64,000 nucleotides of DNA from Dicyema japonicum. Taxonomy: Eukaryota; Animalia; Dicyemida. Shown in pieces: positions 50,990 to 63,660 of the stretch. Each line of letters opens with the position of its first letter. Within the stretch, counting starts at the first letter, position 1. The notes under the pieces were generated by a model. The model ran no database searches and had not been told where the DNA came from. It saw nothing but the letters and a program-made list of their open reading frames with translations. Location of the stretch: assembly GCA_011109175.1 (NCBI GenBank), contig RDEW01000009.1, positions 315,237 to 379,236 on the forward strand. Reading direction: 5' to 3'. A program made the position numbers and the translations under genes.

Positions 50990-51330
50990 TGAAACAGCAA
51001 GATCACACAAATGTTCGAAGCAAGGCCTAAAAATAGTGTTAGTGAATGCCCGATCCTTAGGGATGAGGCATAATGAACTAGCACTACTTGCGTGGGTGGG
51101 CCTCCAAAATCGACATCTTGGTGGTCAATGAGACGAAACTAAAGAAAGCGAAGAGTTATATAATGAAGGGATATAATTCCATGCACGTTTTATAAAAAGC
51201 TGAGCAGTTGCTGGTATGGAAATGTCTATTTTCTACCGGGACTCCCTTAGAATTCTTAATCCAAAGGTCGTTTGTGATGTATTATGTGAATTTGTAACTA
51301 TGGTAACTCAGACTAATAAAGACGCTGTGA
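50990..51330 (+). mobile_element. LINE APE fragment
   Basis: LKIVLVNARSL...IDILVVNETKL. Confidence 0.7.
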
Positions 51331-51489
51331 TTAGTCTAAATAAAAAAACAGAGATGGTTAAGTGGATTGTCTGTAACTCTTTCTAAGAGTATAAGAGCCT
51401 GTGAGTATACCACTAATTAGCTATTTCAAGCGATTCTAATTATTTTGAGTTTAGTCTTTTTTCTCAACATTGAATAACAAAGACTCAAT

Positions 51490-52625
51490 TTGCGAGGTGC
51501 TTGACGATTTTTCAAAATCTTTTGAAACGTTTGTTTCAAATTTACAATGGATTCCGGTTCACATGGGTCCTTGTTAGGTTTTATAATAGGACCACGATAT
51601 TCAGAGGATCTCAGCTCCTCTTAATATTTGGTACCTCGATGACAGAACAATTGGTGAGGACGCCCCGATTATCGATGCTTTGGAAATCACGATTCCTGCT
51701 CTGTTAGAATATGCGGAAGACAGAGATCATAAATGTTAGCTTTCTATCGGACGAGTTTTTTAATGTCCAAACCCGCCTTGAGGCCTTGTTCCCTGATGCG
51801 AAGTCGAGTCTTCTGGCACTGTTCTCCTAGGATGCCCTCAATTCTTACCCAAGATAAAAAAATTTATAAGGAAAAAGGTCGGACTCGATCCGCTAATGAC
51901 GGAAAGGCTTAAAACTCTCGAAGAACATACCGAATTCTTCTCAATGAAAATAACATTTTTGTTCCCAAGATGAATTTCTCATTACGGAGTTCCCCTTGAT
52001 TCCATGACTCTGATTCTCTCAAATCTATGGAGGACCTTATCAGACAGATGACTGAAGAAATCGTCAATATCAATTTTGACAGCACTGGCTGGTCCCAAGA
52101 AAAGCTCCCGATAAGGTTTGGGGGAATTGGTTTGAGGTCTCATGCCGATTTGGCCATTCCATGCTACCTGTCATCCCTCGCAAGCTGTAGTGCCTTGCTC
52201 AACTTTTTTTTACATTCCTGCCACGAATTGAATTTGAATCCTGTATTTGACGTGGTTTTGCAGCAGTGGACAGCAAACGAATTCGTTGCTCCAAAGAACT
52301 TTAACTTTCAAAATGACTGGGATGAACTTTGTGAAAAAAACTAAATAAACTTGGAAGGTCCACGGATACCCATCGTCGCAGATGTCTGATTGCTACGTCT
52401 GCTGAGAATTCTGGGTCCTGGATCAATGCCTTCGCGATATGGGCAGTTGGTACTATGCTTGACGGGAATACAATCCTCGTTGGAGTTGCTCTTCGGCTAG
52501 GCCTTGACATCTGCTTGGAACACCAATGCTGATGTGATAGTTGACACAAAACGCGACTGTCATGAGGGCTATCGAGGACGCCGGGTTTACTTGCCTTCTG
52601 AACCTGTCGTTCTTGAGAGAGGGGA
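51490..52625 (+). mobile_element. CRE-like retrotransposon fragment
   Basis: IWYLDD, WSQEKLPIRFGGIGLR, SGSWINA, VGVALRLG. Confidence 0.8.
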
Positions 52626-52928
52626 AATTTAAAGGATTTCATCTAGCGTGAAATTTTTTCGGATTTTTGACAAATGTGCCTTGAAGAGTTTCTAGTTAGA
52701 TTTTGAATCATCGAATATTATTAATAATGATTCTACCTGCTTTTTAAAACTTAATAATGCTGAAGAACCAAATTTAAGTGAGTAAATTACTAAACCCAAC
52801 CAATACACTAAAAACCAAAGATTTTCTAGCATATAAAAAATTATAAATTAATGGTATAATTAAACCGCAAAAATAATAACACAAAAATAAATCAAAGAAC
52901 GAAACGAGACAAAAAACGAAAGTAATAA

Positions 52929-53201
52929 TTAATCGTTAGTGGAATTAATTTCAGTCTGAGTTTGATCCATCATTTCATTGATATTTTGGTCCATCTCATC
53001 AATTCTATCTCCGATTTGTTCGACTAATATGTACGAAAAAATTACTCTTTGCAAGTATATCATCGGACATCGTCTGGAATTTAGCCTGTAGATTCGCCAA
53101 GAGTTCTTGGATCTGACATATCATATCAATCTTACTTCTTCAGCATCCTCAGTAGCTTTACGGGTTTCATAATCAATGTCAGACTGATTAGTAGCTTCCA
53201 T
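52929..53201 (-). CDS. HSBP1: Heat shock factor binding protein 1, copy B (75 aa)
   Basis: Same 23- and 22-nt introns as copy A. MEATNQSDIDYETRKATEDAEE|IQELLANLQAKFQTMSDDILAK|IEQIGDRIDEMDQNINEMMDQTQTEINSTND*. Confidence 0.92.
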
Positions 53202-53904
53202 CAATACCACACTATTATTTAGTTATTTAAATTATTTTTTAATATTTTGAGATGTTATTAAATTATTTATTATTAAGAAATTTCCATGTATGGAAGATGC
53301 AAAGAAGAATTTTATGTTTAAATTGAGAGTTAAATCAGTTCCCAAAGATGGAAGGAAATCTACACAGAAGATTCTATATAAGTTGCTTAAATTGATGTTC
53401 TTACTACATTAAATGCAGTGATATCAAATTACGCGTCATCATCTCCGCCAACGGACTAATGAGATTACTGACATTATTTATGCTGCACAATAAGCATATG
53501 ACATTATTATGCTGCACAATACACAGAGGTCCTTGTGAGAGTTGGAAAAACCTACTCAAGAAATTTTGAAACAAACACAGGCACTCCTCAAGGAGACTGA
53601 CTCTCTCCGATACTATTCACAATATACTTGGAGGCAGCTATGAGGGAACTGAGACCATCATACCAAGGAAAAATAGAAGTGATTTATGCTGATAATGTCG
53701 ACCTAATCTCCGAAGACAAATAACTCCTGGAACATGGTACTAGAAAAAGTACCAGATATACTTGGGAAATGGTTTCTCACCGTGAACAGAGAAAAAACAG
53801 AACGGACGGAAATAAGACGAATGAATAACTCACTCGAAGAAATGGAGACACACAAAGAAACTTGGCTCCTTATTAGGAGATAGTGAAGATATCATACTGA
53901 GAAA

Positions 53905-54150
53905 GGATAATTCACTTGTATTATTTAAATTTAAAAATTTAAATAATTAAGCCTTTGCAGATAGGATTGCGTATACCATCCCCACGTATACGGCTATCCC
54001 GACTCGTTTCCTTAGCCAGAACTTTTTTCTTTTTTTCGGCTCTTCTAGTTTCCCTCCTATTTCTTTCAGAAAAACCCAGTGAGGGATCTTACGGCTCCCG
54101 AGTATTCTATGGCCACTGATGTGAATCGGTGTCGGTCTCCAAGGTTCGGC
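53905..54150 (-). repeat. Inverted copy of the CRE-like 3' end at ~56615-56908
   Basis: Reverse complement matches GGAAACGAGTCGGGATAGCCG...TACAAGTGAATTATCC. Confidence 0.85.
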
Positions 54151-54159
54151 AAATAAAAA

Positions 54160-55160
54160 AATTGTGTTTTTGCGTTCAAATGGATGAGAGCTCAGATATT
54201 AAAGGAAGATGCAGCTCCTTGTTTTAGTTTGATATATGAACGATGAACCCATTTTTGAAGATTTTCTTTGCTGCAAAGAGTTGAAAAACAAAAAGATATG
54301 ACATTTTCAATCTTATAAATTCATACTTGAGGATATAAAGTTGGATTGGAATGTATGTGTGGGTATCTTCATTGATGGTACTCCAGCAATGACTGGGAAA
54401 TTTAAAGGCTTTGTTTCTATTACGAAAAATAAGAATCCGAACATTATTCACACCCATTGTTTTCTTCATCGCGAGGCACTCGTCGCAAAAACTATTGGAC
54501 ATGAACTTAAATATGCTTTGGACATGGTTGTAAAAATAATTAATTACATCAAATGAGGCCGTTGAAATTGCGACAGTTCTCGAAAATGAAAATGCAGAAC
54601 ATTCAGTTTTGATTTTGCATAATGAAGTAAGATGGTTTTCAAAGGGAAACATGTTAATTCGTTTCTATGAATTAAGACACGAATTGTTCGATTTATTGAA
54701 TGCCTCAATGATGAATGTTGGTGTTGCAATTAGCATACCTCGCCGATATTTTTCATGGACTCAATGTTCTCAATAGCAGCATGCAAAGAAGAAATGAAAA
54801 TCTATTGAGTTGCGCGGACAAAATGGCTACTTTTCTGAAAAAAACTACAAATATGGAAACGACAGAAACGACGAATGGAAACTTGGAAATGTCCCCTCAT
54901 GTGCAAGAAAAAAATTTAAAGAAATTGTTCCACAAATTGTAGACCGGAGTCTCTATTTACATGTACGAATAATTATTTTCCACTCATATCAGTTGAACTC
55001 TATGATTGGGTGAGGAATCCTTTTGCTGAGTACGAAATAACTGGAACGAGCTATCATTAAAAGAGGAAGAAGAACTTGCGTAATAACGAAAGAAGAACAG
55101 AATGTTAAAAATGGAAAATTTACAGCTTGATATTGATTAGTTTTGGCTGAAAACCAAAAT
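54160..55160 (+). mobile_element. hAT (Charlie/ZBED5-like) transposase fragment
   Basis: DWNVCVGIFIDGTPAMTG, THCFLHREALVAK, HNEVRW, LAYLADIF. Confidence 0.88.
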
Positions 55161-55169
55161 AATCCATGC

Positions 55170-56880
55170 CTGGGATTGAAGCATGACATTACCAAAGTTT
55201 TCAATTCGTTGAGGAGAGACCGTATGATTCAAGTATGCATTAAGCGAGCACCTGAGTTTATTCCCATTGTCAATCTTTCACACGGATCAAACTCCTCTCT
55301 GATTTTTCGGGGATGAGATCACCAAGTCACAGTCAGGAGTACAACAAGGAGACCCATTATGACCACTCCTTTTTAGATTGACGATCGATCAAGTCGTTCG
55401 CTCCGTCGATACTGAATTCAACCTCTAGTATCTCGATGACGGAACAATTGGAGGGACATGGAGGAATGTCTATAACAGTCTATCCCACTGGGTACCTGCC
55501 TTACATGATCTCGGCCTTGAGGTCAACATAAAAATAATCGAAGCTCATCAATATTACATACATGGAAAACGATTTCCTCCCCGCGGGAGGAATATTTAAC
55601 AGTCTATCACTGGTATATCCGTCGTCCCCCGTGAGAAAGTCTACTTTCTTGGATGCCTATTTCACAATGCAGAATTACGGATACATTTTCAGTCCATAGC
55701 GGAAGAGCTATCCCTTTTTACGAAAAGACTCGCTATTCTGGATTCCACACATCTTTTTTTCATGAGGAGAAGCTTATGTTTGCCGAAATTGTAATACGCT
55801 TTCCGGAGTTCCCCGTGCTTCGTCTACCGAGATTTGCTACTAAGTCTGGATCAGAAGTTAAGCCAAACAGTCTAAATTTACGTTTTGACGATCTGGGTTC
55901 GACACAATGCAAACTTCTTTCGTAGGAATTGACCTAAGATCGGCTTTAGAGATTGCCCATCCAAAATACCTATCGTCGCTTTCGAGCTGCAGTCATCTCG
56001 TCCGGAAAATTCTACGTCACCCTACTGGACTTTACTTGGACACAGTATTTGACGAAGCTTGCTTGCAGTAAAAGGAAGCAGGATTTCCAATCCCAGATGA
56101 TGTCTCAAATCAGAACAAATGGGACGCAATTTCCTGCAAGGCTATCGTTGATAGCCTAAAGCAAGAGTCGAACCAACATCAGCTTGCATCTTTACTAACT
56201 GCTGCACAACAGTAAATGACTGACTCCACGCATTTCCATGCACTTCTTTCGGAACTCTAATAGACGACGACTGTATGAGAATCGGAATAGCAGAACGGTT
56301 GGGACTTGACGTCTGCCAGAAACACAGATGCCGTTGTGGAGGAACAGTTAATACCAAAGGACTATATCTTTTGTCTTGCAAAGGAGTGCATGTCGCTCAC
56401 CTCGTCACGCTGCATTGAATAATGTTATTTTGCGAACCCTCGAGGCAGCAGGCTTCCCAGCTCAACTGGAACCTGTTGGACTGGATAGTGGCGATGACAA
56501 GAGGCTAGACGGAATTACGCTTTTCCCATATTCACATGGAAAATCATTAGTCTGGAATGTAACCTATGTGGATACTTTCTCCACTTCGATCCTTCTGAGA
56601 TCTGCTCTGAAACCTGGATCTGCGGCCAACGCAGAAGAAACGGCCAAGATCCAGAAGTACTCGGCCATTGGAGACCGACACCGATTCACATCAGTGGCCA
56701 TAGAATACTCGGGAGCCGTAGGATCCCTCACTGCGGTTTTTCTGAAAGAAATAGGAGGGAAACTAGAGAGACGAGAAAAAGAAAAAAAAGTTATGACTAA
56801 GGAAACGAGTCGGGATAGCCGTATTACGTGGGGATGTATACGCAATCCTATCTGCAAAGGCTTAATTAATTAAATTTTTA
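55170..56880 (+). mobile_element. CRE-like RT-RLE retrotransposon, 5'-truncated
   Basis: GVQQGDP, YLDDG, RHAALNNVI, DDKRLDGITL, VWNVTYVDT. Confidence 0.85.
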
Positions 56881-57019
56881 AATTTAAATAATACAAGTGA
56901 ATTATCCTTATTTTAACGGATGAATTATCTTTACTATTAATTACAAGTAAATCCAAGTAAATTATAAATAATTATTTTAAACAAATTTTTGTATTAGAAA
57001 ATATAAAATTATCATTCCA

Positions 57020-58135
57020 ATGATTTTCTTGTTGTTTGTGAATGGTAATCAATAATATAACAAAACAGCAATACTTAGTATAACAGAAACGCAAAGACTA
57101 CATCCATTCAATACTACATTTACTGCAAAATGCAATGGTAGCCATTGGAGTAAATCTGTTGTAATATGTAATTACAATAGGGGTACATCTTTGTAAACAG
57201 TTCCCAATTAACGATATTTCCAACTACAAAGGCTGATTGTGGAGTTTACGACTGTGTCAACTACGACTTCAGCATACTCACGACAATCACTTTGATATGC
57301 TTCAATAGTATTTAATTATACTTTTTGCAGTGGCTATTTCTATGAATCCACGTACTATCCATTCAGGAGAGAATGCGGGAACAACAAAATTTTACAGTAA
57401 ACCCAATGTTACTGAAATTAAAATGAGTTGTGTTGCAGATAATAAATTGTATGGAGTACAGTGGATTAGGAATGATAAAGTTTTGGAAGTAAGTGACAGA
57501 GTGTACTTAAATAATGATTACACTCTTCTTACTATTTCCCAAGTCGGTTTGGTTTTGGTGTTTATTTGTAGAATTTTATGATGTTGGAGTTTATTATTGT
57601 CAAATTTACTCAAATCAAAACGTGACTGCATACAAACACAAATTTGAATTAAAATGTGTCTGTTCTGTTATTTGTAGCCGGATTGTTTTCCTTGAGCACA
57701 GCAAAGAAGGAAACTCTGCTGCTGGGGAATATTTATACTTTTGTGTGTAAGATCAATTCTTATCCATCCCTACGTTTACTTGGAGTAAAGATGGAGTGGA
57801 TATTCTCGTCAATTCAACATCAACAATTATATCCTCGTCATACTATAAAGGAGATACTTTACATGTCGGACCGTTAGTCAACTCTGACGTTGGGAAGTAC
57901 AAGTGCTCAGCGATTAGTAATGGAAATGTAATCTCTCTTCAACAGGAGTTGTTTGTAGCAGGTTATATGCGAGGGTAGTTGAGTAGATAGAATGGACTCT
58001 TTATGGCCGTTCTTGGGTATTGCTGGATCTTCTGTAATCATTACAATCATTGTGTTGCTAAGGTATTCAAATTATGGCAATAGGTTGGGATTTGTTAGTA
58101 ATTATAGATTGTCAATGAGAGATTCGAATTATTAA
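57020..58135 (+). CDS. Basigin/neuroplastin-like type I membrane protein, 3 Ig domains
   Basis: Seven GT-AG introns of 20-25 nt. Ig motifs DCGVYDC, DVGVYYC, DVGKYKC; TM begins LWPFLGI (basigin family signature). Needs one extra C at 57768-57770 to read SYPSPTFTWSKDG. Confidence 0.82.
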
Positions 58136-58344
58136 CTAAAGTTGATTTATTAAAATTGGTTATAAAATATTGTCTTTGAACGTTAAGCTTATATTTTTTC
58201 TAATTTTTTCCACTTTAATGAGTATTTAAGAAAAAATAGTTAGGGTTTTATCCTACAACAATTGGTGCTTAGTTTATTTTACTCACTCTCAACTTGATAG
58301 AAGGTATTCCTTTTCTTTGTTATTTATCTTCCCTTGTCTTAATA

Positions 58345-58460
58345 GTGACATCATGCATTCCAGGCGACACCTAGTTTTAGGATGGCAAAAAAATCATTTT
58401 CTCTCCCTACATGATTAGAGAAGTTACACAACTGCAAGGGCTATATGGGTTCTTCCTTTT
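58345..58460 (+). mobile_element. Family B short retroposon, old decayed copy
   Basis: GTGACATCATG...AGGCGACACCTAG...GGCAAAAAAATCATTT...ACAACTGCA aligns with 35053-35160. Confidence 0.55.
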
Positions 58461-59049
58461 CTAATGTTCCACGTAGCACCACATGGCGCCACGCGGCTAA
58501 AAATTAATGTCGGAAATTAGAACGATCAGATATGAAAATCACGTAACTATGATTTGAATCAATATTATGTCAGGGTTGGGCTTATATTTATGATTATTTT
58601 ATGGGTTGAGTTATATGTAGGATAAAGTTATAGACAAATCGCTCAAGGCATCGAAAAATTGATTTGTTATATTCCGAATTAGCAAAAAAACATAAATAGA
58701 CTCAGAAAGTCTTTCCTGACTTACGTCGCTGGAGATTAGGATGCAAAAGCTGGCATACAACGAGGAACGGAGTCTTGTATATGAAAGTACAGTAAAAGTA
58801 CCAGCATTTTGACACTCCTTACAGCGCAAAACTACCTGGACGAGATACAGACAAATCATTCTACTAACGTTACAATGATATTCAATCAGATAGATTATTG
58901 TCATCAAGAAAATGCCTACTACGAAACTCTATACATATGGAGGAGCCACTAAAAATGACCACAAGATCATCTCGGCTAGGTTTGATCTTAAAAAATCGTT
59001 TGTATAACGAAAAACCTTCTCAATAAGTTATTAATTAATTCGTGAACTG

Positions 59050-61250
59050 TGCTTCTTATCATAAAGGTAATCAAGGCTTTCTTGAAGACCGAACCGAACC
59101 GAAAACACTTTATTCAACAGGAATTAGGAGTTAGTTTAAGATCTTATTTACGAGTCCGCCTATGCGGCCTGGACTCTTCCGATGCACCTTATCTCCATTT
59201 TAATCTCGTCCTAGCGTCGGATCCCATCGATCCTGTTCTCCACAATATATTTGACCTGTGCAAGAATCCAGTCTTCTTCCGTACTGAGGACATCAAATAG
59301 TTATTTCCCAAAGGCCAACTTTATTGCTGACCTTCTCGATTTTTCCATAAGTAACATAATTCTGTAGAATAATTTTCATGAAGATAAACAAGAAGGTCTC
59401 CAAGCTTACGAACAACTTGCTTGTACAGAAAAGCGCTTGCAGCGCCTTCTTCCTTCTTCGTCTGATATTCTCCATGAATGAACCTTCCCCATTGATAACT
59501 ATCCCGAGGTAGCGAATTTACTTTTGGAATACCAAGTGAGTAGGGCTGAGCATGATGCCTCCGTACCTTTTGGAGCACCAGTCCTGCACTTGGTCAATGA
59601 ATGACTTGATTCTTCTTTCCGATAGAGTTGATTTCTCAGACGTATCCGTAATCAGAATATCATCTGCGTATATCAATAGTTTTGTGTTCGTATCCGGTGG
59701 AATTGGGAAGTCTGACAAGAACACATTGAACAGAAGTGGGCTCTAGACAGAGCCCCGTGGAACTTTTCTTTTCAATACGATATCTTTTGACATATTTGCC
59801 CCAACACGTACTCGGACAGTCTGTTAGGAAGTCCTTTATCCATATGAAAAGTTTTTTTTGGATATCAACAGCTGCTAGCCAGTATAGGAAGGCTTCATGC
59901 CACACGATATCAAAAGCCTTGGAAAGATCCAAACATAACAGGTTAATTTGTTTCTTGAATTCCAGAACTCTCAAACCTCCAATTGCATCTGATATATTCA
60001 ATTCGATCAAATTTAACCAGGTCTGAAGCCACATTGATCTGCGAAACGGAAACCACTCACTACTATGTGCTCGTTTAGCTTCTTGAAAATAATTAGCTCA
60101 ACAATCTTGGAAATAGAGCAAACGAGGCTGATCTGCCTATAGCTCAGAGGGTCTCTCCCCGACTTGCTTGGTTTCAGGATCATTCTGACTATGGGATTTT
60201 CCAGCGTTTGAAGACATAGCCATAATCTATGCTCGTGTTGAATAAATTCTTCAGTGTGAGCAGCAAATTCTCTGGGCCTTCCTTGAACAACATCATGCTA
60301 TTTTGGTCATGTCCAGGGCGTTAGCTTTGCATGTTTGATGCCAATCTTGACGTCCTCTGTCGTTATCTTCATTCCAGTATTTTTGAGACCGTCCGGAGAG
60401 TAGGTTAGAAGTTCTTGTGAAGCTTCAACTTTTCCCTCGGGATCAGCTCCATCGGGTTGACCCCCAGAATGCGGTCTAGTTGCTTCTTAAAGATATCTTG
60501 GATTTTTTCCATAGAACATGATCCACCTTCTGGCTTGGTCAAAGAGTTTTCATATCATTCCTTTTCTGGCTAGTTATTCTTCTGTAGAACTTCCAGAACG
60601 AGGAGTCTTTGGTGTTTATTTTGCTTGCCTCGACCCTCAAACATTGTTCTTGAGACAGTCTTGTTCCCTCTTCAATGGTTTTTTTGATTATCTTCAGTTG
60701 ACCGGTCAATACAATCCGGTCCATCCAGTCGACACATCTTCTGAGTTTGTTTTTCAGGCGGTTTCTTTCATTAATCATAGATAATGTAGAAGGGGAGAGA
60801 TTGATGCTCTTCCCATAATTGGTCCTTAAGGGTCTCCTCCTTGCGTAAAGTAGTAAGTATCTCTCCATTACAATTAAAAGGTCTATGTCTATGTTGTCAA
60901 TATCACTTCGGGAATAAGCTGACTTCGTAGTGTCCGGAGCCAAATTCAGTGACATCTCTTGGGGGATGTGGTCGCTCCTGATGTCCCACATGATCATCGG
61001 TCTCTCCACATAAGTGTAGAGCAGTGGTGACACCAGGAACACCCCAAGCATGTCTCCACCATAGTGGCACGAGTAGTGATTCGGCTTCTCCGACGTCAAA
61101 ATCTCGAAGCTAGTCTTATCACTCAATTTTCTTAGCCTGATTCCATCCTCGTTGGTTCCGAGACATCCATATTTAATGTTCTTGGCAATTAGATCTCCCA
61201 CTAGGACAGACATATCGTTTCCTGCAAAAAATTATTTAATTTCGTGGAGC
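59050..61250 (-). mobile_element. APE-RT LINE (Jockey/I-like), decayed
   Basis: LVGDLIAK, RSDHIP, CLDLSKAFDIVWH, LIYADDI. Confidence 0.85.
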
Positions 61251-62324
61251 ACTTTCTGAGGTCCTTTGAATGCATTCCTCAACGTGCATCCAACAGCCAC
61301 AGCATCGCACCTCGACAGAAACAAATATGACACAGGATCTTAAATAATTCTTCTTACCACCTTGTGAAAAACACTGTCAACCTTTATCGTCAATAAAATA
61401 TGTCACAAAGTCGATGAATATATGTCACCTAACAAACATAGATTCCGCACTGAAAAGTCTATTGCACATGCGGTTCGGACGCACTGATGGTTCTTGGCCT
61501 TGTGTCAGAAATACAAAACGTGGAGTCATCTTAAATATAGACGTTTCAAGAATCTTTGATACATTAAAAAAGTTTAATTTTTTGACCGAAACGAATAGAG
61601 TTCATTCCGAAGATTCTTTCTTTAATTAAAAAAATAATGAATGTACTTCTTTATGTATATCAATGTTGGAAAAACTGAAAACTTGCATACAAAGATATGA
61701 GGCACAGAGACACACTGAAAAAGCTTAGAACAACCCTTCCAGTTGTTCTTAATGTTATGAAGTAAAACAGTGTTCTGCTATGTTCTCCTGTTTAGAACAA
61801 AGTTTGTTATCAGGTCGAAACTGTCTTCTGGATTGAATTTTTTTATTAGAATTTTAATTTTATCATTTATTGTTTTGGAAATTCTTCCCAATTTAGTCTT
61901 TTTTGACTTTATATGGTTAAAAACCAAAGAATATCCATTATTTTTTCCTTTCTATATCTTTGTAATAGACATAAAATTTTTGTTATAATTGAATCAATTT
62001 CATTGAGAGACTCAATTTTTTCTGATTTTGTCTTTCCTCTAAAAAAATATCCTAACCATTTTATCACTCGATTGAAGTACACTAAACACAATATATAAAA
62101 GACGAAATATTAGTAAGATTACTGGATAATCAAACCTCTGTTAATCAATTCAATTTTCACACAATTAACATATTGAGCCGGGATTTTCCGCGCTGCTTTT
62201 TTCGGAACTGCTATATTTTCTTTTTTAATATAATATTTTAAATCAATTAAAGTCCCTTATCTAAGAGGCCAGGATTAGGTGAGCGCTTCTTCTGATAACT
62301 GCTATTTCGAGCCTCTATCTAAAC

Positions 62325-62586
62325 CAGTGGTTCTCAACCTTTTTTGGTCGCGGACCCCCAACATACTTTTGCAAGTTTTTTGTCAATAAATTATTACTTT
62401 CTAAAAACCACAATTTGTTATTAAAAAAGGAAATAAAATTAATGAGTAGGTTGATGTTGTTTTTTTGAGGCAATATTTTTCAATTTGAGGCTCGGTTGTC
62501 GACAAACATACTCTGATAAATAAAGGTTGAGAAGTATCTCACGGACCGCCTGGAATCTTTTGCGGACCCCAGGTAGAGAACCACTG
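62325..62586. mobile_element. hAT-Charlie-type MITE (262 bp)
   Basis: TIRs CAGTGGTTCTCAACCT and CAGTGGTTCTCTACCT; perfect 8-bp target duplication ATCTAAAC (62317-24, 62587-94). Confidence 0.95.
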
Positions 62587-62629
62587 ATCTAAACCAAAAT
62601 CAAAGATCGCTATTCAAATCGAATCTCTC

Positions 62630-63660
62630 ATCCGATATTAGAGAGAAAAGCATTCGTCATCTCTCCCATGATTCCGGAAGTCTCCATCGCATTAGGCACA
62701 AATAATATTTTTCCCGGAGAGATTCGTACTTTTGGATTTCCCGTGCTCCGCATTGTTTGCCGCGTCTCCAGTTAAGTTTGTATCAGTCAGCGACTTGGCC
62801 CCTGATGAGATTTCCAGGTTTGTGGTTCTCCAAACGAAAGGTGTCCAGGCTTACACTGGGAGTATGGAAATAATGAACCCTATCTGGAATCTGTCCAAAC
62901 TTAAGGGTTTCCAATAGCCAGAAACCCGTGGCTTTGAGGGCTCGTAGAACAGCGTCGTTGATAGCTACGTGGCCTTTCGTGTCGACTTTCCCTCCACAAC
63001 AACAGAAGTGCCGCTGAAAAAACATCTAATCCGAGTCCCGCGGTGCCACTCTGATCCTCAGGAAATTCTCGTCAAAGAGTGTTTTGAGAGACTAGCATGC
63101 TAGGGACTCAACCCAGACCCCATTTATACGTTGCCGGGAGAAATGATAAGTCGGTGTTAATTGGTTCCTGTCGTCGAACCCTCAAAGCGTCCTTGTACTT
63201 ACAAAAGAGTCCCAACTTCCCTGGCTAGCAATGTAGTCTGGGAATTCCATGTCTGTTCACGTTAGAAAAAGAAATCAACTGGAGAAGCAACTGGGTTTCA
63301 CAGACGTCATAGGTTATGGCTTCTGATAGTAGCCAGATGTTGCAGTCTTTTTGATGAAAAAATGAAGACTTTCTGCTTATAGTTACAGTTGTCTCCACAA
63401 TAATTGTGCGAAACGTGAATCGGTCCATAAGTCCGTCGCATTATTCGTTTTAGACTTCTCCGATTTTTCTGTCACTGATAATGCTTTACTGCGCATCGAT
63501 AATGCTGGTTGGAGAAAGCGAGTTGAACACATGCGACGTGCATAAATTCTACTCCTCAAACCGAAAAATTGGAAAAATCGTAATTCCATCTGACCGTTTT
63601 CCATCTCCTCCGTTCGAATACGAAGGAGTAGACAGTATACCCAGTGCACGTTTTAAGACA
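62630..63660 (-). mobile_element. Two CRE-like RLE 3' fragments
   Basis: HVAINDAVLRALKATGF; GDGKRSDGIT-like segment; RTIIVETT. Confidence 0.7.

Noticed and set aside
14952-58135. Alternative genetic code explaining the short ORFs
   Set aside because: In-frame stops in the six host genes are removed by mini-introns or single indels; the genes end in ordinary TAA/TAG.
62800-62850. CTGATGA...CGAAA, as a possible hammerhead
   Set aside because: Stem II does not pair; it is the antisense strand of CRE coding sequence.
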